DNA of 64,000 nucleotides from Dehalococcoidia bacterium. Its GTDB lineage: Bacteria; Chloroflexota; Dehalococcoidia; UBA2979. The stretch's first letter is position 1. Every line of letters begins with the position of its first letter. Positions 18,810-27,490 of the stretch are shown here, piece by piece. The position numbers and the translations under genes were made by a program. The notes beneath the pieces were generated by a model. The model was not told the DNA's origin. It saw only the letters and a list, made by a program, of their open reading frames with translations, and did no database searches. Where the stretch lies: positions 6,610 through 70,609 of the forward strand of contig JANQNP010000118.1 in assembly GCA_028279505.1 (NCBI GenBank). The letters are read 5' to 3'.

Positions 18810-19760
18810 GTGCCCGCCGAGCCCCGCTCCGCCGAGCCGCAACCGGCAGAGGCCAAGACCGCCGCATCAGACGAAGCGCTGTCCCCCGCTCGCCCGTTCC
18901 TGAAGTGGGCCGGCGGCAAGACCCAGCTCCTCCCCGCGCTGCTCGAGCGCGCCCCGAGGGCGATCGACACCTACTACGAGCCCTTCGTCGGCGGTGGCGC
19001 CTTCTTCTTCGCCCTCGCCGCGGAGCCGGACCTCGCCCCGCGCCGCGCCGTCCTCAACGACATGAACCACGAGCTCGTCACCACCTACACCGTCGTGCGC
19101 GACCACCTCGAGGAGCTGCTCACGCGTCTCGAGGTGCTGTCGGCCGAGTACCTCGGAGGCGACGAGGAGGCACGTTCGACCTACTACTACGCGGTCCGCG
19201 ACGAGCAGCGCAGCGCACCCGTCGAGGTCGCCGCGCGCCTGATCTTCCTCAACAAGACCTGCTTCAACGGCCTCTACCGCGTGAACCGGCAGGGCCGGTT
19301 CAACGTGCCGCACGGCCGCTACCGGAAGCCCGCCATCCTCGATCGCCCCAACCTTGAGGCCGCGTCGCGGGCGCTCCAGAACACCGAGGTCACCCACGGC
19401 GACTTCGAGGTGGCCTGCGCCGACGCCGCGCCCGGCGACTTCGTCTACTTCGACCCGCCGTTCCACCCGCTCTCGGACACGGCCAGCTTCACCGCCTACA
19501 CGGAGGGCGCGTTCAGCCGAGACGACCAGCTTCGGCTGCGCTGGCGCATGGACGCGCTCCGCGAGCGTGGCGTCTCGGTCATGCTCTCGAACTCACCGCA
19601 CGAGTGGATCGTGGGCGTCTACGAAGGCGCGAAGTACCGCGTCGAACGCACGCCCGCGCGCCGTGCGATCAACTCAAAGGGTGACGGCCGAGGCGCCATC
19701 GACGAACTGATCGTGACCAACGACTACCCGCGGCGCGGCCAGATCGAGTCCCTGACCTAG
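18810..19760 (+). CDS. Dam-family DNA N6-adenine methyltransferase (alpha class, D12/N6_MTase family)
   Basis: PFLKWAGGK, FVGGGAFFFAL (motif I) and FVYFDPPF (DPPF, motif IV) in the order typical of Dam/DpnIIA/MboIA. The ORF is open from 18453, but the first approx. 250 nt overlap the amt promoter and look non-coding. Start placed at the GTG at 18810, which is uncertain. Confidence 0.78.
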   Translation: MPAEPRSAEPQPAEAKTAASDEALSPARPFLKWAGGKTQLLPALLERAPRAIDTYYEPFVGGGAFFFALAAEPDLAPRRAVLNDMNHELVTTYTVVRDHLEELLTRLEVLSAEYLGGDEEARSTYYYAVRDEQRSAPVEVAARLIFLNKTCFNGLYRVNRQGRFNVPHGRYRKPAILDRPNLEAASRALQNTEVTHGDFEVACADAAPGDFVYFDPPFHPLSDTASFTAYTEGAFSRDDQLRLRWRMDALRERGVSVMLSNSPHEWIVGVYEGAKYRVERTPARRAINSKGDGRGAIDELIVTNDYPRRGQIESLT

Positions 19761-19772
19761 CCGACGCAATCT

Positions 19773-19853
19773 CCCCGAACGGTTCGAACTCTCAGCGACC
19801 GTTGCATCGGGTGGCCCGAAGGGTCCTCGAGGGGGCGAAGACCCCCCCCCTTA
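19773..19853. repeat. intergenic element with GAA-loop palindrome (copy 1), between convergent Dam and Ldh_2 genes
   Basis: Left flank CCCCGAACGGTTCGAAC, internal CCCGAAGGG palindrome, and terminal GGGGGCGAAGACCCCC hairpin directly abutting the Ldh_2 stop. Confidence 0.45.
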
Positions 19854-20909
19854 GACCTCGAGCGGGGCGACTCCGACCAGCGCGCCGCCCTCGCAGACCT
19901 GCCGCCACGTCTCCTCGTCGACGTCGATGCCGTCGGCGAGTCGCTGCGCCATCCGGCGCCGCTCGGGCTCACCGGCGGTGAGCACCTCCTGACCCTCGCG
20001 GAACGGCGGCTGCGTCACATGGTCCTCGAGGCCCCCGAACAGTTCGTCGAACTCGCCCCGCTCGGTGAACGCGGGGATGTCGATCGCCAGCATGAAGACG
20101 CCGTTGCCACCGGCGCGGTCGCCGCCGGCCGTCCCTGAGCCGGAGAGCGCGCCGGACAGCGCCTCGACCGCGACGGCGAGGCCGTACGCCTTGTAGCCGA
20201 CCACCCCGCCGAACGGGAGCAGCGCACCGCGCTCGCCGGACTCGTTCTGGTAGAGGTCGGCCGGGTTGTTCGTCGGGTTGCCGTTGCTGTCGATCAGGTA
20301 GTCGTCGGGCATCTCGACGCCCTTGTTGCGCGCTACCCGCACCTTGCCTTCGGCCGCCACCGAGGTCGCGAAGTCCAGCACGAACGGCTCGTCCGGATTG
20401 TCCGTCGGGATCGTGAACGTGAACGGATTGGTGCCCATCCGCCCCTTCGCCCCGCCGAACGGGGCCACGAGCCCGGTCGTCCCCGGGTTGTTCACGCAGG
20501 CGATGCCGATCATCCCGGCCGCCGCGGCCATCTGCCCGTACGCGCCGATCCGGCCGATGTGACCGCAATTGCGGCAGACCGCCGCGCCGAGTCCATGCTC
20601 GCGGGCGCGCTCGATTGCGATCTCCATCGCCCGCGTCGCACCCACCTGACCGAAGTTCCAGTTCACGTCGACGACCGCCGCCGCGCCCTTGCCCCCGATC
20701 ACCTCGATCGGCGCGGCGGGCACGAGACCCCCGTCCTTCGTCTGCTGGATGTAGCCCAGCGTGCGCACGATCCCGTGCGAGTCGTGCCCCATCAGGTTCG
20801 CCTCGACGAGGTGGTTGCCGACGATCGCTGCCTCCTCGCGGGACGCGCCCGAGGCCTCGAAGATGTCGGTGATGAAGCCGCGCAGCGCGTCGGCCTGAAC
20901 GATCGGCAT
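19851..20909 (-). CDS. Ldh_2-family malate/L-lactate/ureidoglycolate-type dehydrogenase
   Basis: Recognisably similar to the type-2 Mdh/Ldh (YbiC/AllD) family: HDSHGIVR ... AVCRNCGHIGRIGAYG ... GTNPFTF. Confidence 0.8.
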   Translation of the reverse strand: MPIVQADALRGFITDIFEASGASREEAAIVGNHLVEANLMGHDSHGIVRTLGYIQQTKDGGLVPAAPIEVIGGKGAAAVVDVNWNFGQVGATRAMEIAIERAREHGLGAAVCRNCGHIGRIGAYGQMAAAAGMIGIACVNNPGTTGLVAPFGGAKGRMGTNPFTFTIPTDNPDEPFVLDFATSVAAEGKVRVARNKGVEMPDDYLIDSNGNPTNNPADLYQNESGERGALLPFGGVVGYKAYGLAVAVEALSGALSGSGTAGGDRAGGNGVFMLAIDIPAFTERGEFDELFGGLEDHVTQPPFREGQEVLTAGEPERRRMAQRLADGIDVDEETWRQVCEGGALVGVAPLEV

Positions 20910-20921
20910 GTCGGGTCCCTC

Positions 20922-21689
20922 CTACGAGACGTGGGCGCGGGCCTCGGCGAGCTGCGTCGCCGCCGCCGAGCGCATGAAGCCGGAGTCGGCGCCGAGCATC
21001 ACCATCTGGAAGCCGTGGTCGAGCCAGCGCTTCGTGAACTCGACGCTCCCGGTGTGCACGCCCGGCGCGACCCCGTGCCGCTTGCAGGCGTCGTAGATCG
21101 CGTGGACCGTCTCGACGTGCTTCGGGTCGTGGTTGTCGCCGGTCGGCGGTAGGCCGATCGCGTACGCCAGGTCGGATGGCCCGATGTACGCCGCGTCGAT
21201 GCCGTCGACGGAGAGGATCTCGTCCAGGTTGTCGAGCGCCTCGGCGGTCTCGATCATCACCACCAGCGCGATCCGGTCATTGGCCTCTGCGGCGTAGTTC
21301 TCGCCGCCGTACATCGCCGCGCGGAACGGGCCGGACGAGCGGCCACCGACCGGCGGATAGCGCGTCGCCCAGACCGCGCGCTCGGCTTCCTCGCGGTTGT
21401 TGACCAGCGGCACGATCACGCCCATCGCCCCGGCATCGAGGACCCGCATGATCGTCGCCGGGTCGTTCCACGGCGCTCGCACGAACGGCACCGTGTCGCC
21501 GTTCGAGATCCCCTGCAGCATCGGGATCACGTCAGAGATGTCCGACGCTCCGTGCTGCAGGTCGACGCAGAGCCAGTCGAACCCCACGCGCCCCATCGCC
21601 TCGGCGCCGTACGACGAATTCATCGACAGCCATCCGCCGATCGTCTGGCCGCCGCTGCGCCAGGTGTCGAGTACCGGATTCGGTCGCAT
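20922..21689 (-). CDS. HpcH/HpaI-family aldolase (2-keto-3-deoxy-sugar-acid aldolase)
   Basis: 256 aa from the ATG at 21689, preceded by GGAAGGA. Family motifs: GGWLSM ... [25 protein letters not shown] ... VMIETAEA. Confidence 0.8.
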   Translation of the reverse strand: MRPNPVLDTWRSGGQTIGGWLSMNSSYGAEAMGRVGFDWLCVDLQHGASDISDVIPMLQGISNGDTVPFVRAPWNDPATIMRVLDAGAMGVIVPLVNNREEAERAVWATRYPPVGGRSSGPFRAAMYGGENYAAEANDRIALVVMIETAEALDNLDEILSVDGIDAAYIGPSDLAYAIGLPPTGDNHDPKHVETVHAIYDACKRHGVAPGVHTGSVEFTKRWLDHGFQMVMLGADSGFMRSAAATQLAEARAHVS

Positions 21690-21851
21690 GGGCGGTCCTT
21701 CCGAGGATGGCGTTGGGGCCAGCGTTCGCGGTCGTCGCGGTCGCGACCACCGGCGGAGCATGGGCATCGTGCAGGCCAGTGTCAACGTTCGCTTGGTGAC
21801 ACTGATGCGCGGCGTACACTGTCCCTCTCTCCCCTGACAGGAGCCCTGTTC

Positions 21852-22376
21852 ATGGCCTATTTCGATGTCCTCGACACGCCCGTCGGTCCGCTCTTCATCG
21901 GCGGCTCCGAGGAAGGCGTGCACGTGATCAAGTTCGTCGACCAGCGCGAGTCCGAGGCCGTCCTCGTCTCCGAGGTGGAGGCCGCCGCTGGCGAACCCGC
22001 CCAACGAGGTGGCCCCGGCTCCGACGAGGCCGTGCGTCAGCTCGAGGAGTACTTCGCCGGCTCACGCACCGAGTTCGACCTCCCACTGGCGCCGCGCGGC
22101 ACCCCGTTCCAGCTCAAGGTCTGGATGGCGCTCCGCTCGATCCCGCCGGGCGAGACGACGAGCTACGGCGCGATCGCCGAGGAGATCGGCAAACCCTCGG
22201 CGTCCCGCGCGGTCGGGGCCGCCAACGGCAAGAATCCGATCTCGATCGTCGTCCCGTGCCACCGCGTGATCGGCGCGAACGGCACCCTCACCGGCTACGG
22301 CGGCGGCCTAGAGCGCAAGGCATGGCTCCTCGACCACGAGACCTCATCCCGCTCGTTGCTGATCGGCGCGAGCTGA
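21852..22376 (+). CDS. ogt: methylated-DNA--protein-cysteine methyltransferase
   Basis: Active-site VPCHRVIG and a helix-turn-wing DNA-binding region. ATG at 21852 preceded by AGGAG. Confidence 0.88.
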   Translation: MAYFDVLDTPVGPLFIGGSEEGVHVIKFVDQRESEAVLVSEVEAAAGEPAQRGGPGSDEAVRQLEEYFAGSRTEFDLPLAPRGTPFQLKVWMALRSIPPGETTSYGAIAEEIGKPSASRAVGAANGKNPISIVVPCHRVIGANGTLTGYGGGLERKAWLLDHETSSRSLLIGAS

Positions 22377-22380
22377 TCCA

Positions 22381-22427
22381 GTGGCGTTATTGCCATTGAC
22401 ATTCTGATGGTAATAATGCCACTATGA
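22381..22427. promoter_or_regulatory. imperfect inverted repeat / AT-rich promoter at the 5' end of hicA
   Basis: GTGGCGTTATTGCCAT-N15-ATGGTAATAATGCCAC, with 14 of 16 arm positions complementary, in a locally AT-rich segment. Contains TTGACA (22396-22401) and AATAAT (22412-22417). The downstream arm and the -10-like hexamer end at the hicA ATG (22424), which suggests a leaderless or short-leader transcript. Confidence 0.4.
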
Positions 22428-22672
22428 ACACCGACCTCGATCGGATGCTGCGGCATCCCGGCAGCGTGAAGCGCCGGGAGTTGGTGGCGGCCCTGGTGGA
22501 GCGGGGCTGGGTGGTCGCTCGCGAGAGCAAGCACCAGATCTGGGCGCACGGTTCGGCGACCGTCCAGGTGCCACACACGTTGAAGGGCACCGGAACGATC
22601 CGCGCGATCGTGAAGCGAATCATCGAGGTTGAGGAGGTGCGGCATGACCACAGAGGCGAAACGAGGCGCTGA
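22424..22672 (+). CDS. hicA: type II toxin-antitoxin system HicA-family toxin
   Basis: 82 aa. Conserved HicA/YcfA core: VKRRELVAALVERGWVVARESKHQIWAHGSATVQVPHTLKGTGTIRAIVKRI. Its last 29 nt overlap the hicB start. Confidence 0.75.
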   Translation: MNTDLDRMLRHPGSVKRRELVAALVERGWVVARESKHQIWAHGSATVQVPHTLKGTGTIRAIVKRIIEVEEVRHDHRGETRR

Positions 22673-23111
22673 GCTCGCCCGGCGGCCGTACGCCTTCACA
22701 CTCGTGCAGGGTGACGACGGGATCTGGACCGTGACGGTCCTCGAGTTCCCCGGCGTGATCGCCGAGGGCGACTCGCCCGACGAGGCGATCGCCGACGGTC
22801 GCGAGGCGCTCGCGGAGATGATCGACTACTACCTCGACGAGGGACGGACGATCGCCGAGCCGTTCGCGACCAGGGAGTTCTCCGGGCGCACCGAGCTGCG
22901 GCTGCCCCCGGAGCTGCACCGGCGCGCGGTGATGATGGCCGCCAACGAGGGCATCAGCCTCAACCGGTGGCTGTCCGCCGCGGCCGCGACCTACGCCGGC
23001 TCGGTGGCGAGCGCACCCCCGGTCGTGCAGCAGCGGCCGCGACTCGTCGCCGAGGACCAGGCGACCTACGAGGAGCCCCGTCCCTCCGAGGAGTCTGGGC
23101 CCGACGCTTAA
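22644..23111 (+). CDS. hicB: HicB-family antitoxin (UPF0150-like N domain plus ribbon-helix-helix-type C-terminal DNA-binding domain)
   Basis: ATG at 22644 preceded by GAGGAGG. N-terminal RNase-H-like HicB fold (YAFTLVQGDDGIWTVTVLEFPGVIAEGDSPDEAI) and a C-terminal RHH-like segment (RTELRLPPELHRRAVMMAANEGISLNRWLSAAAA). Confidence 0.75.
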   Translation: MTTEAKRGAELARRPYAFTLVQGDDGIWTVTVLEFPGVIAEGDSPDEAIADGREALAEMIDYYLDEGRTIAEPFATREFSGRTELRLPPELHRRAVMMAANEGISLNRWLSAAAATYAGSVASAPPVVQQRPRLVAEDQATYEEPRPSEESGPDA

Positions 23112-23830
23112 CCCTCGGCGAGCCACCCATCGAGGAGTGGGAGCAGCTCCGGCAGCCGCCCGATCGTCGCGTCCGGCTGCACGTCATAGCTCCCCACGAG
23201 GTCGTTCGGCCGCAGCACCGCGCGCATCCCGACCTGCTGCGCGCCGTGAATGTCGTCGAGCGGCCGGTCGCCCACGAACACGGCCCGCGCCCCGTCCCTG
23301 ACCCCGACCGCGGCGAGGGCGGCCTGGAACGCCTCCGCGTGCGGCTTCATGTACGGCATCTCGCTGGTGTAGAGCCGCTGGTCGATCAGCGCCGCGAGTC
23401 CGTCCCGTTCGAGGAACCGCTCGTGGAACGTCCGCGGCCAGTGCGTGTTCGAGAGCAACCCGATCTTCAGCCCCCGCTCGCGCAGCGCGCTCAGCGTCGC
23501 CGCCGCCTCGATGTCGTGAACGATGTGCGGCGTCCACGCATCGAGGTACCGCACCGCCGCCTCTTCCAGCACCGCCTCGGCGACATCGACGCCCAGCTCC
23601 GCCGTCGCCGCCGACAGCAGGTCGGCCAGCGTCCCCGACCGCTGGTCGGTGACGGTCCGCTGCCAGAACGCCTCCTCGATCCGGCCGAACCGGCGCATCA
23701 GCGCCGGCTCGTCCTCGGGCATGTGCGGCGCGAGGTGCTCCGCCGCCAGCGACCACATGTCGGACAGCTCGACCGCCGCGTAGTCGCTGAGCGTCCCGCC
23801 CCAGTCGAAGATCACGGCTTCGGGCCTCAC
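23108..23830 (-). CDS. HAD-superfamily hydrolase (subfamily IA)
   Basis: N-terminal DWGGTL (DxG motif I) and C-terminal FVGDRPLDD. Confidence 0.75.
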   Translation of the reverse strand: MRPEAVIFDWGGTLSDYAAVELSDMWSLAAEHLAPHMPEDEPALMRRFGRIEEAFWQRTVTDQRSGTLADLLSAATAELGVDVAEAVLEEAAVRYLDAWTPHIVHDIEAAATLSALRERGLKIGLLSNTHWPRTFHERFLERDGLAALIDQRLYTSEMPYMKPHAEAFQAALAAVGVRDGARAVFVGDRPLDDIHGAQQVGMRAVLRPNDLVGSYDVQPDATIGRLPELLPLLDGWLAEG

Positions 23831-23852
23831 GAGGGTGCTCCATCCTCTGCGG

Positions 23853-25127
23853 TCATCGGCTCAGCACCCGCCGCGCCACGCTGAGCCGTTCGATCGCGAC
23901 CCGCGAGATGCGCCGCTCGTCCATCTCGAGGACCGTGAACCGCAGGTTCCCGACGTCGATGTGTTCGCCCGCCTCCGGGAAGCGGCGCGTGTGCGCAAGG
24001 ATCAGCCCCGCGACCGTGTTCGCCTCGATGTCCGTCAGGTCTGTTCCCACCTGGCTCGACACGTCCACGAGGAGCGCGTTGCCCTCAAGCTCGATCCGCC
24101 CCGTTCGCCCGAGCTGCTGTGGCGGCTGGTCCGGCTCCTCGCCGCTCTCGCTCGCCAGCCGGCCCACCACCTCTTCCATGATGTCCTCGAGTGTCACGAG
24201 GCCGGACGTCGCTCCGAACTCGTCCACGAGCATCACGAGGTAGCGGCCCCGATCGCGCATCAGCTCGAGGACGTTCGCGATCGGCGCGTGCTCGGACTCG
24301 AACGTCGCCGGCCGCATGATGTCGCTCGCCGTCCGCTCGCCCAACCCATCGAGGTGGGCCGAGTTCACGTCGCTGACGTGCACGTAGCCAACCACCTCGT
24401 CAGGGCTCGACGCGTAGACGGGGAGTCGCTGGAATCCGAGTTCGCTGAGCTGGCGCGCCACCTCGGGCAGCGGCGCCGTCGTCGGCACGGCGACCATGTC
24501 GACGCGCGAGACCATGATCTCCTGTACCTGTCGCTCCTGCAGCGCGATCACCCCGAGCATCCGCTCCGATGCCCCCGCTTGCAGCGCCCCGCTCTCCGCG
24601 CCGAGCCGGATCGCCGTCCCCAGCTCGGCCGTGTTCAGCGGCGATGCCCCGTCCGAATCCCCGCCGCCGAACACGCGGATCAGTAGCCGCGTCAGCGCGT
24701 CGAGGGCCCACACGATCGGCCGGTTGAGCCGCGCCCACATCGCCAACGGCCAGGCGTAGACTCGGCTCACCGCGAACGCGTGGCTGAGTGCGAGCGTCTT
24801 CGGCGTCACCTCGCCCACCAGGATCAGCAGCACCGTGATCGCCACCGTCGCGATGATCAGCCCGCCGCCGCCGGCGACGATCTCCGTCGCGATCGCGGTA
24901 CCGACCGCCGCGGCGCCGGTGTTCACGAGGTTGTTGCCGAGGAGGATCGCGCCCAGCAACCGGTGCGGCCGTTCGAGCAGCGCCTGCACGCGAGCGGCCC
25001 CCGGCTCGCCCCCGCGCACCCGGTGCGCGAGCCGCACCCGGTCCAGCGACAGGAACGCCGTCTCCGACCCGGAGAAGAAGGCGGAGAGCAGCAGCAGGAT
25101 CATCAACAGGACGAGGTACGTAGCCAC
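23853..25127 (-). CDS. HlyC/CorC (CNNM) family transporter: DUF21 membrane domain, CBS pair and CorC_HlyC domain
   Basis: N-terminal SGSETA (DUF21) motif, tandem CBS domains, and a C-terminal transporter-associated domain. Confidence 0.85.
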   Translation of the reverse strand: MATYLVLLMILLLLSAFFSGSETAFLSLDRVRLAHRVRGGEPGAARVQALLERPHRLLGAILLGNNLVNTGAAAVGTAIATEIVAGGGGLIIATVAITVLLILVGEVTPKTLALSHAFAVSRVYAWPLAMWARLNRPIVWALDALTRLLIRVFGGGDSDGASPLNTAELGTAIRLGAESGALQAGASERMLGVIALQERQVQEIMVSRVDMVAVPTTAPLPEVARQLSELGFQRLPVYASSPDEVVGYVHVSDVNSAHLDGLGERTASDIMRPATFESEHAPIANVLELMRDRGRYLVMLVDEFGATSGLVTLEDIMEEVVGRLASESGEEPDQPPQQLGRTGRIELEGNALLVDVSSQVGTDLTDIEANTVAGLILAHTRRFPEAGEHIDVGNLRFTVLEMDERRISRVAIERLSVARRVLSR

Positions 25128-25190
25128 GGGCGGCCTCCAGCCGCCCAGACTACTGGCGACGACGAGCCGCGCAGAATCGGGATCCGCCTG

Positions 25191-25994
25191 CTAGGCCAGA
25201 CGGTGCCCCAACGCCCACCGCACCTCGAGCCGTCGAGGGAAGCGACCGCTCGGCTCAGCCGTCGCCAGCGCCTGCCGCAGATCCGCCTCGAACGCCTCGG
25301 TGCGGTCACCGAGGATGGATCGGTTCGCGAACGAGGTGGAGTAGAGGTAGCCGACCACCTCATCGATCGACCAGGTCAGCTCCGCCGCCGCGCTACCGGT
25401 CTCGACCTGCTCGAACCCGGCGCGCTCGAGCGCCGCCGCGGCCGGCTCGTGCTGCGCCTCGTAGTAGCCGTCTCCGGCACGTCGTCGGCTTCCGAGGTGG
25501 CGTTCGACCACCTCGCCCAGCGCCGCCAGCCACCGCTCCTCCCCCAGCTCCATCGACGGCGACCACATCCCCGGCATGTCGAGGACCGCGATCCCGCCAC
25601 CCCGTTCGAGGAGTGCGTGGCACTGCGCCAGCACGGCCTCGCGATCGAACCAGTGCAGCGCGTTCCCGATCGTGACGAGGCGGATCGTGCCCGCCGCCAG
25701 GTCCAGTTCCTCGGCACGCCCACGACGCCACTCGACGTTCGACGCGCCGCGCGCCGTGGCCTCGGTTCGGGCCACCGCCAGCATCTCGTCGCTGAGGTCG
25801 ACGCCGATCACCGCCTCGAACCGCTCCGCGAGTCGGAGCGCGATGTGCCCCGTCCCCGTCCCGAGGTCCAGCAACGTCCCGCGCCCATCCAGCTCGAAGG
25901 TCGTGGCGATCGCGTCGTACGCCGCGTCCGGGAAGTCCGGGCGGTAGCGCGCGTAGTACTCGACGGTGCCGGAGAAGACGCCGTCCTCGGTCAT
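25191..25994 (-). CDS. class I SAM-dependent methyltransferase
   Basis: Motif I LLDLGTGTGHIA and motif post-I VIGVDLS. Confidence 0.75.
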   Translation of the reverse strand: MTEDGVFSGTVEYYARYRPDFPDAAYDAIATTFELDGRGTLLDLGTGTGHIALRLAERFEAVIGVDLSDEMLAVARTEATARGASNVEWRRGRAEELDLAAGTIRLVTIGNALHWFDREAVLAQCHALLERGGGIAVLDMPGMWSPSMELGEERWLAALGEVVERHLGSRRRAGDGYYEAQHEPAAAALERAGFEQVETGSAAAELTWSIDEVVGYLYSTSFANRSILGDRTEAFEADLRQALATAEPSGRFPRRLEVRWALGHRLA

Positions 25995-26755
25995 GTCGCG
26001 AGCACGGCGCGGATCGGATCATCCTCGCGCAGGGCGGCGACCACCACGCGCGGCGCGCCCGCCGCCCGGATCGCCTCGCCAAGGGCCAGCGCCCGCTCCG
26101 GGTCGAGGTCGGCCTGGTTGACTAGCACCGTGAAGTCGCGCTTCCCCACGTGCTTGCGCCCCCCCGAGGCGTCCGTCATCACGCGCGCGATCACCTCCGC
26201 CGAGGCCCGTTCCTCGTTCCGCACAATCGCGCGGATCCGCTCCGGTCGGTGCACCCGCCCCGCCTCCAGCGGCTCATCGAGGGCGCGCAACCCCACCACC
26301 GCGACCACATGGGTCGTCGCGCTCGGGATCACCGGCTCGTGCTCGGTCGGCGCCTTGAACGGCAGCATCTTGCTCCCGTCGGCCTCGATCGCGAGCAGTC
26401 CGAGGCCGGGCATCGTCGCGATCGCATCGGCTACCTCGGTCGCGATCGGCGCCCAGCGCGCCTTCGGTTCGCGCCCGGCATGCACGAGGGCCGTCGCGCC
26501 GTCTGCGATCACGGCGGACAGGTCGGGAGCCACATCGGGCGCGCCGCAGGCGATCACGCGGATCGCGTCGCCGAGATGCGACTGCTGCGTGAAGCGTGTC
26601 GTACCCGTCAGCACCGCCGATCGCCCGAGGGCGCGCGCCTCACGCCCGAGCCGGAACAGCGCCGTCGTCTTCCCGCCGCCGCCCACGAGGGCGACCACCG
26701 GCGGCGCCGCCGCGTCGAGATCCAGGGCGTCCCACAGCGTCGATGGAGTGCTCAT
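25991..26755 (-). CDS. yqeC: YqeC-family selenium-dependent molybdenum-hydroxylase accessory protein (putative)
   Basis: P-loop-like VVALVGGGGKTTALFRL and the overall YqeC architecture. Overlaps the methyltransferase gene by 4 nt. Divergent from mobA. Confidence 0.65.
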   Translation of the reverse strand: MSTPSTLWDALDLDAAAPPVVALVGGGGKTTALFRLGREARALGRSAVLTGTTRFTQQSHLGDAIRVIACGAPDVAPDLSAVIADGATALVHAGREPKARWAPIATEVADAIATMPGLGLLAIEADGSKMLPFKAPTEHEPVIPSATTHVVAVVGLRALDEPLEAGRVHRPERIRAIVRNEERASAEVIARVMTDASGGRKHVGKRDFTVLVNQADLDPERALALGEAIRAAGAPRVVVAALREDDPIRAVLAT

Positions 26756-26790
26756 CGTTCTATGATCGACGCATCACCAGAGGCGGGGCA

Positions 26791-27393
26791 ATGGCAGACG
26801 TAACGGGCGTGATTCTCGCCGGCGGCCGGTCGAGCCGGATGGGCACCGACAAGGCCACGCTGCTGCTCGACGGCGTCACGATGCTCCAACGCAGCGTCGA
26901 TCGACTCACCCCCGCCGTCGAGGAGCTGGTGCTCGTCGCCGCGCCCGGCCGCCCGCTTCCTGAGGTCACCACCGACCACCCGCTCCGGGTGGTCGAAGAC
27001 CCCGTGGAGGGCGAAGGACCGCTCGTCGGCATCGCCGCCGGCCTCGAGGCCTGCCGCGCTCCCGCGGCCGTCGTCGTCGCCGTCGACATGCCGTTCGTGG
27101 AGGCGTCGCTGCTCCGCGCGCTGGTCGCCCGTCTCGAGGCGCCCCACCGCTGGGTGCTCCCGCTTGCTGAGCGGCGACCGCAGCCGCTCTGCTCCGCCTT
27201 CGCCACCTCGGCGCTATCGGTGATCCACGAGCACCTCGAGGCTGGCGACCGAGCCCCAATGGCGGTCGCCGCCGACCTCGACGCCTACCGCATGCAATCA
27301 GACGAGTGGACGGCCTACGACCCGGAGGGTCGCTCATTCCTCAACGTCAACACACCCGAGGAGTTCGCCGCGCTGACGGACGCCGCCGGCTAG
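26791..27393 (+). CDS. mobA: molybdenum cofactor guanylyl/cytidylyltransferase (MobA/MocA family)
   Basis: GVILAGGRSSRMG nucleotide-binding signature. ATG at 26791. Confidence 0.8.
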   Translation: MADVTGVILAGGRSSRMGTDKATLLLDGVTMLQRSVDRLTPAVEELVLVAAPGRPLPEVTTDHPLRVVEDPVEGEGPLVGIAAGLEACRAPAAVVVAVDMPFVEASLLRALVARLEAPHRWVLPLAERRPQPLCSAFATSALSVIHEHLEAGDRAPMAVAADLDAYRMQSDEWTAYDPEGRSFLNVNTPEEFAALTDAAG

Positions 27394-27457
27394 CGCTCCT
27401 GGCCGGCTCGACCGCGGCAAGAACCATGTCGACCCGCCCAGCCGAGCTGGTCAGACG

Positions 27458-27490
27458 GGCCGGAACGATCATAGAAGCCCGAAGGGCTAG
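27458..27490. repeat. intergenic element with GAA-loop palindrome (copy 2), between convergent mobA and the membrane-protein gene
   Basis: CCGGAACGATCATAGAAGC followed by the perfect palindrome AGCCCGAAGGGCT, abutting the stop of the 27487 gene. Confidence 0.45.

Noticed and set aside
22381-23111. Possibility that the hicAB module is a recently acquired genomic island
   Set aside because: Apart from the short AT-rich promoter, the coding GC and codon usage match the surroundings, and I see no integrase, tRNA or direct repeats, so I do not call a mobile element.
24780-26765. 661-aa plus-strand ORF spanning the CNNM, methyltransferase and yqeC region
   Set aside because: It is antisense to three well-supported minus-strand genes. 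Its translation is low-complexity (R/P/A/G-rich) with no domain signature.
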